Shown: piece after piece, positions 57,601 through 64,000 of the stretch
Layout of the letters: every line of letters starts with the position of its first letter
Position numbering within the stretch: the first letter of the stretch is position 1
Program-made: the position numbers and the translations under genes
Source of the DNA: Litorivivens sp.
Lineage (GTDB): Bacteria; Pseudomonadota; Gammaproteobacteria; Pseudomonadales; Spongiibacteraceae
Reading direction: 5' to 3'
Assembly: GCF_041624475.1 (NCBI RefSeq)
Contig: NZ_JBFJUX010000011.1
Span: forward strand, 7,891-71,890
DNA: 64,000 bases
Notes under the pieces: generated by a model
Seen by the model: the letters and a program-made list of their open reading frames with translations, nothing else
Told to the model about the DNA's origin: nothing
The model's database searches: none

Positions 57601-58517
57601 CCGAGTTACAGGCTCGGGGCGAGCAAAACACCGAGCAGCAGATATTTACTGAATGGACACTTGATCGGCTGCCGCAAAATAAACGTATCAAGCAGGGCGG
57701 TGCCGAGGTTACGGCCTATCCTGCTCTGATAGACCGCGGCGACGCGGTGGAGCTGACCCTGCTGGATACGGCAGACGAGGCCGACCGCCAGAGTCGCAGG
57801 GCGGTAGTCAGGCTGCTGACGCTGCAGTTGACCCGCCAGTTGAAACCCTGGCGGGAAAGTCTGTTGCGCGGCAATACTGAGCAGTTACAGTTGGCGGCCC
57901 TTGGCGTGCGGCGCAAGGATTGGGTTGAAGACGTGATTGAGGCGGCCGTCTACCAGACATTTGTCGACGGTCGCGAATTGCCCCGTGACAGCGAAGATTT
58001 CGCTGCGCTGATTGCCTTACCGGGGCTCGAAGAGCAGTTGGAGCGGACGGCAGAGCTGACAAAACGCATACTGGAAAGCGCAGCCGCGGTACGCAAACGA
58101 CTGAAAAAGCTGACCCAGCTGACCTGGATAGAAACGGTCGGCGACGTCAGAGAGCAACTGGACGCTCTGTTGTTCAAGCGGTTTTTGCGAGAGCTGCCGA
58201 CAAACAGGCTGGAGCAGTACCCCCGGTATCTTGATGCTGTGTCACAGAGGCTGGACAAACTGGAGGGGCACTATCAGCGTGAGCGGCAGATACTGATCGG
58301 CTTGCGTAAACTGACTGAGCCGCTGTGGCAGACGACGAGTCCGGAGAAACTGGCGGCTGACAGTTCAAATGCGGTGCTAGAAGAGTATCGCTGGGTATTG
58401 GAGGAGTATCGGGTCTCGCTGTATGCTCAGGGGCTTGGGACGCGGGCTCCGGTGTCGGAAAAGCGACTCAAGGCGCTGTGGCGAGATTATGAACAAAGCC
58501 GTGCCGCCCGGGTTTAA
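54636..58517 (+). CDS. hrpA: ATP-dependent RNA helicase HrpA (DEAH-box)
   Basis: It has GETGSGKTTQLP and IIDEAHERS motifs. Its ~1290-aa length and C-terminal extension are typical of HrpA. An internal Met was chosen as start. Confidence 0.9.
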   Translation: MQTKQQIDAIWLADEPRLRRLQGDIRKRSRQGKPTDRLQAKFSDMLAQSQAKVAARRQTLPQISYPDLPVAREVERIRAALLDNQVIVVAGETGSGKTTQLPKLCLEAGRGIHGLIGHTQPRRLAARTVAQRIASELQTELGAAVGYQVRFHDQVSDGTYIKLMTDGILLAEIQHDPYLYRYDTLIIDEAHERSLNIDFLLGYLKLLLPKRPDLKIIITSATIDVQRFSEHFDNAPVIEVSGRTYPVDIRYRPLEELSPELDQAEAIEQALQDLDAEGGRRQGDVLVFLSGEREIRAAAKQLRRSSLMGLEVLPLYARLSAREQQRIFDEGGRRGWRVVLATNVAETSLTVPGIRFVIDTGTARISRYSYRSKVQRLPIEPVSQASANQRAGRCGRVAPGVCVRLYSQEDFEARPAFTEPEVQRTNLASVILQMLNMRLGDIENFPFVDAPDRRFINDGYKLLEELAAVDKGELTPLGKTLVRLPVDPRMARILQAASQLGCLQEALIVVSALSIQDPRERPADKQQAADEKHRRFIDKDSDFSAYVNLWNYLEEQRQELSNNQFRKMCQREFIAPSRAQEWRELHWQLKLACRDNGWKLNAEPASFEALHRAVLAGFLSHVAKKDEQHWYRGTRNRKLRIFPGSGLFKKNPAWIVAAELAETSQLFARCVARIEPEWIPGINDAVLKHQYFEPHWQAKAGRVSAFRQTSLYGLVIQDRQRVNYGPIDPVLSREILIRSALVERQYRGKAAFFAHNKAAIDKVLALESKLRRRDLLISDDAMFAFYDRRLPPEIVSARHLESWLGKAEESERKALEMSDDDVLAVSQSREAINQFPDTWRWGELRLPLRYRFEPGHQGDGVTLVVPLVLLNRVPEHLPEWLVPGLLEDKCVALLKALPKQWRKKLMPIPVTVGKALSLMEAGDQPLSRALAEALRRVVGETIPPELWRGDLLDAFYLMNFEIVDERGKVLAQGRDLQALKARYSEQSAAELQARGEQNTEQQIFTEWTLDRLPQNKRIKQGGAEVTAYPALIDRGDAVELTLLDTADEADRQSRRAVVRLLTLQLTRQLKPWRESLLRGNTEQLQLAALGVRRKDWVEDVIEAAVYQTFVDGRELPRDSEDFAALIALPGLEEQLERTAELTKRILESAAAVRKRLKKLTQLTWIETVGDVREQLDALLFKRFLRELPTNRLEQYPRYLDAVSQRLDKLEGHYQRERQILIGLRKLTEPLWQTTSPEKLAADSSNAVLEEYRWVLEEYRVSLYAQGLGTRAPVSEKRLKALWRDYEQSRAARV

Positions 58518-58767
58518 GGCGAGTGCGCTGATGCGCGACTAAGCTAATTGGGTATGCATAGAAACAGTAAGGAAGTGATGTTTCGGCAGAAAGTGGCTGT
58601 GCACGAATTTATGCCTTGACCTGCCTGTGCAGAACGCGGGTAAATCCGTCAGGGTAGCGTAATAGAATAATGAAACGTATGAGCGCGAATATCGATTTTT
58701 CTGTGGGCTGTAACAAATCGGTATTTGCTTCATCTAAAAGGCAACATCAACTCAGGAGAGTACTCCC

Positions 58768-59187
58768 ATGGCGAAAATGAGCAAAAAACCTTTGGCTGCA
58801 GCATTGAGCGCAGCGGTATTGGCTGGCGGTGCAGTATCCACAGTCAGTGCGGAAACCAACCCCTTCGCGGCAACGCCGCTGACCGCGGGCTACGATTTGG
58901 CATCCTTTGGTAAACACGCCGAGGGCAAGTGTGGCGAAGGTAAATGTGGTGCTGAATCCAAAGCCAGGGGTGAGGGCAAATGTGGCGAAGGCAAGTGCGG
59001 TGAAGGCAAGTGCGGCGCTGAGTCCAAAGCCAAGGCTGAGGGCAAGTGCGGTGAAGGCAAATGCGGAGAAGGTAAGTGTGGTGCCAGCTCCAAAGCCAAG
59101 GAAGGGAAGTGCGGCGAAGGCAAATGCGGCGCCAGTTCCAAAGCCAAAGAAGGTAAATGTGGCGAAGGCAAGTGCGGCAGCCACTGA
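58768..59187 (+). CDS. hvfA: Sec-signal RiPP precursor with 12 EGKCG repeats (HvfA/oxazolin-type metallophore precursor)
   Basis: 139 aa. The signal peptide is MAKMSKKPLAAALSAAVLAGGAVSTVSA|ET. It carries 12 copies of (E)GKCG grouped 2-3-3-2-2 and separated by (A/S)(E/S)SKA(K/R)-type linkers. The RBS is GGAGAG. DUF692 and DUF2063 genes follow immediately. Confidence 0.85.
   Translation: MAKMSKKPLAAALSAAVLAGGAVSTVSAETNPFAATPLTAGYDLASFGKHAEGKCGEGKCGAESKARGEGKCGEGKCGEGKCGAESKAKAEGKCGEGKCGEGKCGASSKAKEGKCGEGKCGASSKAKEGKCGEGKCGSH
58921..59178 (+). repeat. Coding tandem repeat with 15-nt period (GAR GGY AAR TGY GGY) inside the precursor gene
   Basis: Read directly. The units use mixed synonymous codons. 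The repeat creates long spurious ORFs in the other frames and on the other strand. Confidence 0.9.
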
Positions 59188-59204
59188 GCACGCTGTACTG
59201 AGCT

Positions 59205-60032
59205 ATGTCTGAAGTACTGGCAGGACTGGGATTGCGTCGCGGTCTGAGTGACGCCTTGCAGTCCGTGGAGCCGGGGCGTATCGACTTTATGGAGGTCGCC
59301 CCGGAAAACTGGATGCACCTTGGAGGGCGACTGCGCCGTGAGTTCCGGCGCTTTGCCGAACGCTACCCTATTTATCTGCACGGCTTGTCCCTGAATGTCG
59401 GCGGTTTTGCTCCGCTCGACAGGGACCTGCTGCTGTCGATCCGGCAATTCATGTCGGAGTTTGACTGTCCCCTTTACACTGAGCATCTAACCTATTGTGC
59501 AGATGACGGTCATCTTTACGATCTGCTGCCGATTCCCTTTACCGAAGAAGCCGTGCAGCACGTAGCTGCCCGGGTTCGCCAGGTACAGGATATTCTCGGT
59601 GAGCAGATCGCGCTGGAAAACGCCTCCTACTATGCAGCGCCGGGCCAGGTTTTGTCTGAGAGCGAGTTTATTCGCGCCGTTCTTGAAGAGGCCGACTGCA
59701 AATTGCTGCTCGACGTCAACAATATCTATGTAAATAGCATCAATCACCGCTATGACCCGCTGCGGTTTCTTGATGAGCTGCCGCTGGAGCGCGCCTGCTA
59801 TATGCATATTGCCGGGCACTATGAAGAGGCGGAAGATATTCGTGTCGATACCCACGGCGCCGATGTTATAGAGCCGGTGTGGGCACTGCTGAATGAAGCC
59901 TATGCCCGGGTGGGTCCGCTACCCACCTTGGTTGAGCGGGATTTCAATTTCCCACCCATTGAAGAGCTCTTAGCAGAGGTCGATCAGGTTCGATCTGCCC
60001 AGCTCAGGTACGCTGCGGCGGTGACAGACTGA
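59205..60032 (+). CDS. hvfB: Multinuclear non-heme iron oxidase (MNIO, DUF692/MbnB-like)
   Basis: 275 aa. GLGLRRGL...IDFMEVAPENWM...LHGLSLNVGG...YTEHLTYC...LENASYY...DVNNIYVNSINH...HIAGH...VDTHG...ERDFNFP is the DUF692 TIM-barrel pattern. It starts 17 nt after the precursor stop. Confidence 0.9.
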   Translation: MSEVLAGLGLRRGLSDALQSVEPGRIDFMEVAPENWMHLGGRLRREFRRFAERYPIYLHGLSLNVGGFAPLDRDLLLSIRQFMSEFDCPLYTEHLTYCADDGHLYDLLPIPFTEEAVQHVAARVRQVQDILGEQIALENASYYAAPGQVLSESEFIRAVLEEADCKLLLDVNNIYVNSINHRYDPLRFLDELPLERACYMHIAGHYEEAEDIRVDTHGADVIEPVWALLNEAYARVGPLPTLVERDFNFPPIEELLAEVDQVRSAQLRYAAAVTD

Positions 60033-60775
60033 TGCATTTCCAGCAGTTACAGCGCTCACTTACGTCACACCTGCGCGATCCTGAACGGCGCGCGGCACCG
60101 CCCGATATCGAGTCGCGCCGGGTGGGCATCTACCGCGATCTCATTTACAACAATATCGAAAGTTTTCTCAGCGGCGGTTTTCCGGTGCTGCGCAGCATCT
60201 ATAGCGATGAACGCTGGCACGCACTGGTACGAGACTTTGTGCGCGACCATGTCAGCCATTCGCCGTATTTTCTGGAAATCAGTGAGGAATTCCTCGCCTA
60301 TTTGCAGCATGAGCGCGGCGAGCGGGCCAGCGATCCGCCCTTCCTGCAGGAGTTGGCGCACTACGAATGGGTTGAGCTGGCATTGGATGTTGCGCCCGAT
60401 GAGGAGCTGGAGGCAGACCCTGAGGGTGACCTGATGTCGGGGCGCCCACTGGTTTCACCCCAGGCCTGGCCCTTGGTTTACCATTTTCCGGTCCATCTGA
60501 TCGGTGAGTCTTTCCAGCCCGACGAGCCGCCCCCGCAGCCGACCTGGCTGGTGGTGTACCGCACGCCGTCACTGGAGATTGAATTCATGGAAATCAACGC
60601 GGTGACCTTTCGCCTGCTGGCGCTGCTGGACGATACCGTTAGCGGACAGGCGGCGCTTGAAGCGCTCGCAGCGGAGTTGCGGCACGACGATCCGGCACAG
60701 CTGATGCAGTTTGGGGGCGAGCTACTTGAACAGTTGCGTGAGGCCTCCATTCTGCTCGGAACGGAGCTCTCCTGA
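60032..60775 (+). CDS. hvfC: DUF2063-family MNIO partner protein (HvfC/MbnC-functional analogue)
   Basis: 247 aa. LQRSLTSHLRDPE...GIYRDLIYNNIESFLSGGFPVLRS...WHALVRDFVRDHVSHSPYFLEISEEFLAYL is DUF2063-like. Its ATG overlaps the hvfB stop (TGATG). Confidence 0.85.
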   Translation: MHFQQLQRSLTSHLRDPERRAAPPDIESRRVGIYRDLIYNNIESFLSGGFPVLRSIYSDERWHALVRDFVRDHVSHSPYFLEISEEFLAYLQHERGERASDPPFLQELAHYEWVELALDVAPDEELEADPEGDLMSGRPLVSPQAWPLVYHFPVHLIGESFQPDEPPPQPTWLVVYRTPSLEIEFMEINAVTFRLLALLDDTVSGQAALEALAAELRHDDPAQLMQFGGELLEQLREASILLGTELS

Positions 60776-60855
60776 TGACCTTGCTGCGGCTGGATTTACG
60801 GGTGAATCCGCTATATCGTTGCAGCTCAATAAAACTGATAAATTCCGGACTCCGA

Positions 60856-61578
60856 ATGCGTCTTTCTGCTCTGTTCAGGCTTTGCTCCCTGTGGCTTTTG
60901 GTTGTGCTTGCTGGCTGCGCCAGTCAGCCGGAAAACCCCGACCCCTGGGAAGGTTTTAATCGTAAGGTGTTTGCCTTCAACGAGGTGGCGGACAAGTATG
61001 TCGCCAAACCCGTTGCCGAGGGTTATCAGGCGGTGCTGCCCAATTTTCTGGAGCAGGGCATCGACAATATGCTCGGTAACCTGCGCGAACCGCTGAATAT
61101 CGTGGCCGACCTCGGTCAGCTGAAATTCAAGGCGGCTGTCGTTGACGGCGGTCGCTTTGTAATTAACTCCACCGTGGGTATCGCCGGCTTCTTTGAAGTT
61201 GCGTCACATATCGGCCTGGAAAAACGTACTGAAGACTTTGGTCAAACCTTGGGCTATTGGGGAGTTGGGCCCGGCCCCTATCTGGTGTTGCCGATTTTGG
61301 GGCCGTCTACGGTTCGGGACGCGGGTTCTTCGGTGATCGATGCACAGGTTGACGCCATCAGTCAGGTCGATCACGTGCGTACCCGCAATCAGATGCGCTT
61401 TCTCGATCTGGTTAATACCCGCGCCAACCTGTTGAAGACCGAAAGTCTGCTGTCGGGAGACCGCTACACGTTTATGCGCGACGCCTATTTGCAGCGGCGT
61501 GAGTATCTGATCAGTGACGGTGCTGTTGTGGAAGACAGCTTCGGCGAAGAGGAATTCGAGGAGTGGGACGAGTTTTAG
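60856..61578 (+). CDS. mlaA: MlaA/VacJ outer-membrane lipoprotein
   Basis: It has a lipobox (VLAGCAS). DPWEGFNRKVFAFNEVADKYVAKPVAEGY is typical of MlaA. An internal Met was chosen as start. Confidence 0.9.
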   Translation: MRLSALFRLCSLWLLVVLAGCASQPENPDPWEGFNRKVFAFNEVADKYVAKPVAEGYQAVLPNFLEQGIDNMLGNLREPLNIVADLGQLKFKAAVVDGGRFVINSTVGIAGFFEVASHIGLEKRTEDFGQTLGYWGVGPGPYLVLPILGPSTVRDAGSSVIDAQVDAISQVDHVRTRNQMRFLDLVNTRANLLKTESLLSGDRYTFMRDAYLQRREYLISDGAVVEDSFGEEEFEEWDEF

Positions 61579-61653
61579 CGGTAATTCCGCGCTCGTCTGT
61601 CTATACTTTTTCTGAAATGATGCTCGCAGCGAGAGGGATATGCCTGTCCCTCC

Positions 61654-62859
61654 ATGCCGCAAAGGCCTGACATGACCCAGCAAGAACGACGAAAACGCCT
61701 GTTGCTGATTCAGCGCGCTGATGATCAGCGGGAAGAGCTTGTGTCTGCCCTGAGCCGTCTGGGGTATACGGTAAGCGTCAGTGACAACGGCGAAGCGGCT
61801 TTCGAGCGTTTTCATGAGCAGACGCCGGATGCTGTGCTGCTGGATCTCTATGTCGGCGAGGATGGTCGTCGGATACTGGAAGTGCTGACCGCTGACAAGC
61901 GAGAAGTGCCGGTCATCGTTATCTCACGCCGTCGTGTGATGGCCGATGTGGTGGAAGCCCTGCGCAAGGGCGCCTGTGACTACCTGATGATTTCGGGCAC
62001 CATCGGTGACGAAAAGCTGCTTGGTCATGCGATGGAGCGCGCTTTCCAGCAAGGCGCATTGCGCCGCGAAAACCGCGAATACCGGAGCAAGCTGGAAGCG
62101 GCCAACCGGGAATTGCTGGAAAGCCTCAGCCACTTGAAGAAAGACCAGCAGGCCGGCCGTCATATCCAGCTCAAAATGCTGCCCGAAACCCCAAAGACTA
62201 TTGGCAAGTTCCGTTTTCATCAGCATATTCTGCCGTCGCTGTATCTCAGCGGTGATTTTATCGATTATTTCATTGTCGGTGACCGCTACGCGGTGTTCTT
62301 TGTCGCCGATGTGTCGGGGCACGGCGCCAGCTCGGCCTTTGTGACGGTCATGCTGAAGAACCTGTTTGCCCGCAAACGCAGTGATTTCCATCATCGCCAC
62401 AGCAGCGCGATCCTGTCTCCTGCCCATATGCTGGACAAGGCCAATCGGGAATTGATCGGCATGGAGATCGATAAGCACGTCACCATGTGTGTGGGCGTGA
62501 TCGATCTGCACAGCGATGAGCTGTGTTACAGCATTGCCGGCCATCTGCCGGCGCCCATACTCAGTGTGGACGGTACCGCCCGCTATCTGGACGGTCACGA
62601 TTTGCCCGTCGGCCTGTTTCCGGACGTAAATTATTCGGAACATCGGATGTTACTGCCGCCCAAGGCTGTCCTCACCTTGTTCTCCGATGGTATATTGGAG
62701 GTGTTGAACCCCAAGGGGGTGATCGCCAAAGAGCAGTATCTGCTTGAGGCGCTCGAGGATGGCCCGCAGACGGCCGATGATGTTATTCAAACCTTCAGGC
62801 TGGATAGCATCGAGGAAGCGCCCGACGATATCGCTGTGTTAGTGGTGTCGCGAGTTTAG
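61654..62859 (+). CDS. Response-regulator receiver fused to a PP2C/SpoIIE phosphatase (RssB-like)
   Basis: The REC domain has a candidate acceptor Asp in AVLLDLYV. A coiled linker follows, then a PP2C-like domain FFVADVSGHGASSAF...FSDGILEV. An alternative start is at 61672. Confidence 0.8.
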   Translation: MPQRPDMTQQERRKRLLLIQRADDQREELVSALSRLGYTVSVSDNGEAAFERFHEQTPDAVLLDLYVGEDGRRILEVLTADKREVPVIVISRRRVMADVVEALRKGACDYLMISGTIGDEKLLGHAMERAFQQGALRRENREYRSKLEAANRELLESLSHLKKDQQAGRHIQLKMLPETPKTIGKFRFHQHILPSLYLSGDFIDYFIVGDRYAVFFVADVSGHGASSAFVTVMLKNLFARKRSDFHHRHSSAILSPAHMLDKANRELIGMEIDKHVTMCVGVIDLHSDELCYSIAGHLPAPILSVDGTARYLDGHDLPVGLFPDVNYSEHRMLLPPKAVLTLFSDGILEVLNPKGVIAKEQYLLEALEDGPQTADDVIQTFRLDSIEEAPDDIAVLVVSRV

Positions 62860-62896
62860 TGCCCTGAGCCAGACGTTCGATGCGTCTCAGAGCCTG

Positions 62897-62975
62897 CAAA
62901 AAAGCCAACTACAAGACGTGTTCCGCAGGCAATAGCAGCCGGCAAGGAGTACTGAAACAGTAGTTGGCTTTTTTG
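62897..62975. repeat. Perfect 16-bp inverted repeat with a 47-nt loop (bidirectional-terminator-like or structured RNA)
   Basis: CAAAAAAGCCAACTAC at 62897-62912 and GTAGTTGGCTTTTTTG at 62960-62975 are exact reverse complements. Confidence 0.8.
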
Positions 62976-63121
62976 AAAGCTCCCGTAGGGCGCGTCCAAA
63001 AAGCCCTGCGACGGCGTTGCGCGCCCTGGGAAGGACTTGCCATTCCCGGCAGAGCGCGCCCTGACGCAAGACTTTTGGGGTCGCTGAAATAAACGAACTT
63101 TTGGCTTAGGGCACTTGCCAT

Positions 63122-63607
63122 ATGCAACCAGGTAGAATCATGGTTGCTGAACATCAGGGTTCTAATGTTATCAAGCTGGTCGGCGATGTCCGTCTGACTT
63201 TGTGCAACGTGCTTGATGACTACTTTGAAGAGATGTTCAGCAGTAGCGATTTTTCCAGTGTTATTGTCGATCTGACAGAAGCCGATAATGTGGACAGCAC
63301 CACACTCGGCTTGCTTGCCAAATTGGCCTTAATGGCGAAAAACCGCTTTCAATTTGTCCCTGTCATTCTTTCTACCAACCCGGATATTACCCGGGTGTTG
63401 CAGAGCATGGGCTTTGATCGGGTATTCAAAATTCGCCAGCACCCGCTGCACACCGACCAGGATCTGGGTGAGTTGCCCCAGGTCGAAGGCAGTGAAGGGG
63501 TAGTGAAGGAAAAAGTGCTGGAAGCCCACCGGGTATTGATGGGCTTGAACGAATCCAATAAAGCCCGCTTTCGCGAGCTGGTCTCAATGCTTGAGAAAAA
63601 ACACTGA
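63122..63607 (+). CDS. STAS-domain anti-sigma-factor-antagonist-like protein
   Basis: VIKLVGDVRL...SVIVDLTEADNVDSTTLGLLAKLAL is STAS/SpoIIAA-like. It lies downstream of the REC-PP2C gene. An alternative start is at 63140. Confidence 0.75.
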   Translation: MQPGRIMVAEHQGSNVIKLVGDVRLTLCNVLDDYFEEMFSSSDFSSVIVDLTEADNVDSTTLGLLAKLALMAKNRFQFVPVILSTNPDITRVLQSMGFDRVFKIRQHPLHTDQDLGELPQVEGSEGVVKEKVLEAHRVLMGLNESNKARFRELVSMLEKKH

Positions 63608-63627
63608 CCTGTCTGGTCAGTTTTTTT
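63603..63627 (+). terminator. Rho-independent terminator between the convergent STAS and fadE genes
   Basis: ACTGACC-tgtct-GGTCAGT forms a 7-bp stem, followed by T7. Confidence 0.75.
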
Positions 63628-64000
63628 CCGCAGGTCGCTCGACCACCCGTCTTTTTCCCCGCTGCGATTCCGCAATCTCCTTCAAACCCTCTGCATCAAA
63701 GGCATCAACCCGTATCACGTCGTAGAGCGCGGTCAGTGCTTCCAGCAGGCGATCGCGGTCGGCGCTGTCAATAATCTCATTGGACACTGCCCAGTCCACC
63801 AGTTCCTCGCGCTCGTGTCCCATCAGCAGGGCAATGCCATCGAGTTCGTTGACGTCGCGGTTGCGCACCGCCGTGTGCAGGCGATCGCGCAGTGAACGGG
63901 TTTCATTGGCAAGCTGATAGGCGTGCAATACCCGGCCCACAGGATCTTCCGGATTACTGTTCAGGTAGACGCCCTGGGTAATGCGGTCGCGCAAACGGGT
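63617..64000 (-). CDS. fadE: Acyl-CoA dehydrogenase FadE, C-terminal part (gene continues beyond the window)
   Basis: The reading frame is open to the window edge. RITQGVYLNSNPEDPVGRVLHAYQLANETRSLRDRLH...VIRVDAF resembles the FadE C-terminal (DUF1974-type) domain. Confidence 0.7.
   Translation of the reverse strand, partial: TRLRDRITQGVYLNSNPEDPVGRVLHAYQLANETRSLRDRLHTAVRNRDVNELDGIALLMGHEREELVDWAVSNEIIDSADRDRLLEALTALYDVIRVDAFDAEGLKEIAESQRGKRRVVERPAEKN

Noticed and set aside
58921-59178. Considered whether the short tandem repeats could be a CRISPR array or VNTR
   Set aside because: There are no unique spacers and the period is 15 nt. The repeats are in frame, lie entirely inside a CDS, and differ synonymously. 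No cas genes are present in the window.
58747-59486. Minus-strand ORFs (145, 115 and 198 aa) and a plus-strand alternative-frame ORF (58907-59212) over the EGKCG repeat, including a striking HLPSP-repeat translation
   Set aside because: These are periodic artefacts of the 15-nt coding repeat. Only the 58768-59187 frame has an RBS, a signal peptide and the genomic context of MNIO plus DUF2063. The 198-aa ORF would also run antisense into the MNIO gene.
61204-62643. Minus-strand ORFs (203 and 239 aa) over mlaA and the REC-PP2C gene
   Set aside because: They are antisense to genes with clear family signatures and are typical shadow ORFs.

Overview
This is a chromosomal segment of a moderately GC-rich Gram-negative bacterium. 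Gene content and synteny look gammaproteobacterial (cpxRA/cpxP, fadD, hrpA, mnmC, mlaA followed by a REC-PP2C/STAS pair). I call 53 protein-coding genes or gene fragments and saw no rRNA, tRNA or CRISPR array. The left ~11.4 kb looks like the right-hand part of a mobile island. It carries an AlpA regulator, a RecA-fold Rep-like ATPase followed by an iteron plus AT-rich origin-like region, and a RadC-like JAB protein. Its cargo is a type I R-M operon (hsdM, hsdS, an embedded RhuM/Doc-type Fic gene, hsdR), and it ends in a frameshifted nucleotidyltransferase remnant. To the right come a voltage-sensor-domain-only membrane protein, an amidase/LLM/crotonase/LLM/SDR cluster, and an orphan gene preceded by a Fur box. 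Next is a complete 11-gene Tad/Flp pilus locus with no tadZ/cpaE, then a recX without recA and an acyl-CoA synthetase. These are followed by cpxRA with a divergent cpxP-like gene, an M16C peptidase, a glutaminyl cyclase, a TfoX_N protein, an RND pump pair, an SDR and mnmC. A 5-gene peptide-type ABC importer follows; its second permease carries an FN3-like periplasmic insert. Then come a secreted coiled-coil protein, fadD and hrpA. The most interesting item is a compact RiPP cassette: a Sec-signal precursor with 12 EGKCG repeats plus MNIO (DUF692) and DUF2063 partner genes, of the HvfABC/oxazolin copper-metallophore type. The window ends with mlaA, the REC-PP2C/STAS pair and the 3' end of fadE. 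All calls come from reading the supplied ORF translations and the DNA. No database search, HMM or folding computation was run.
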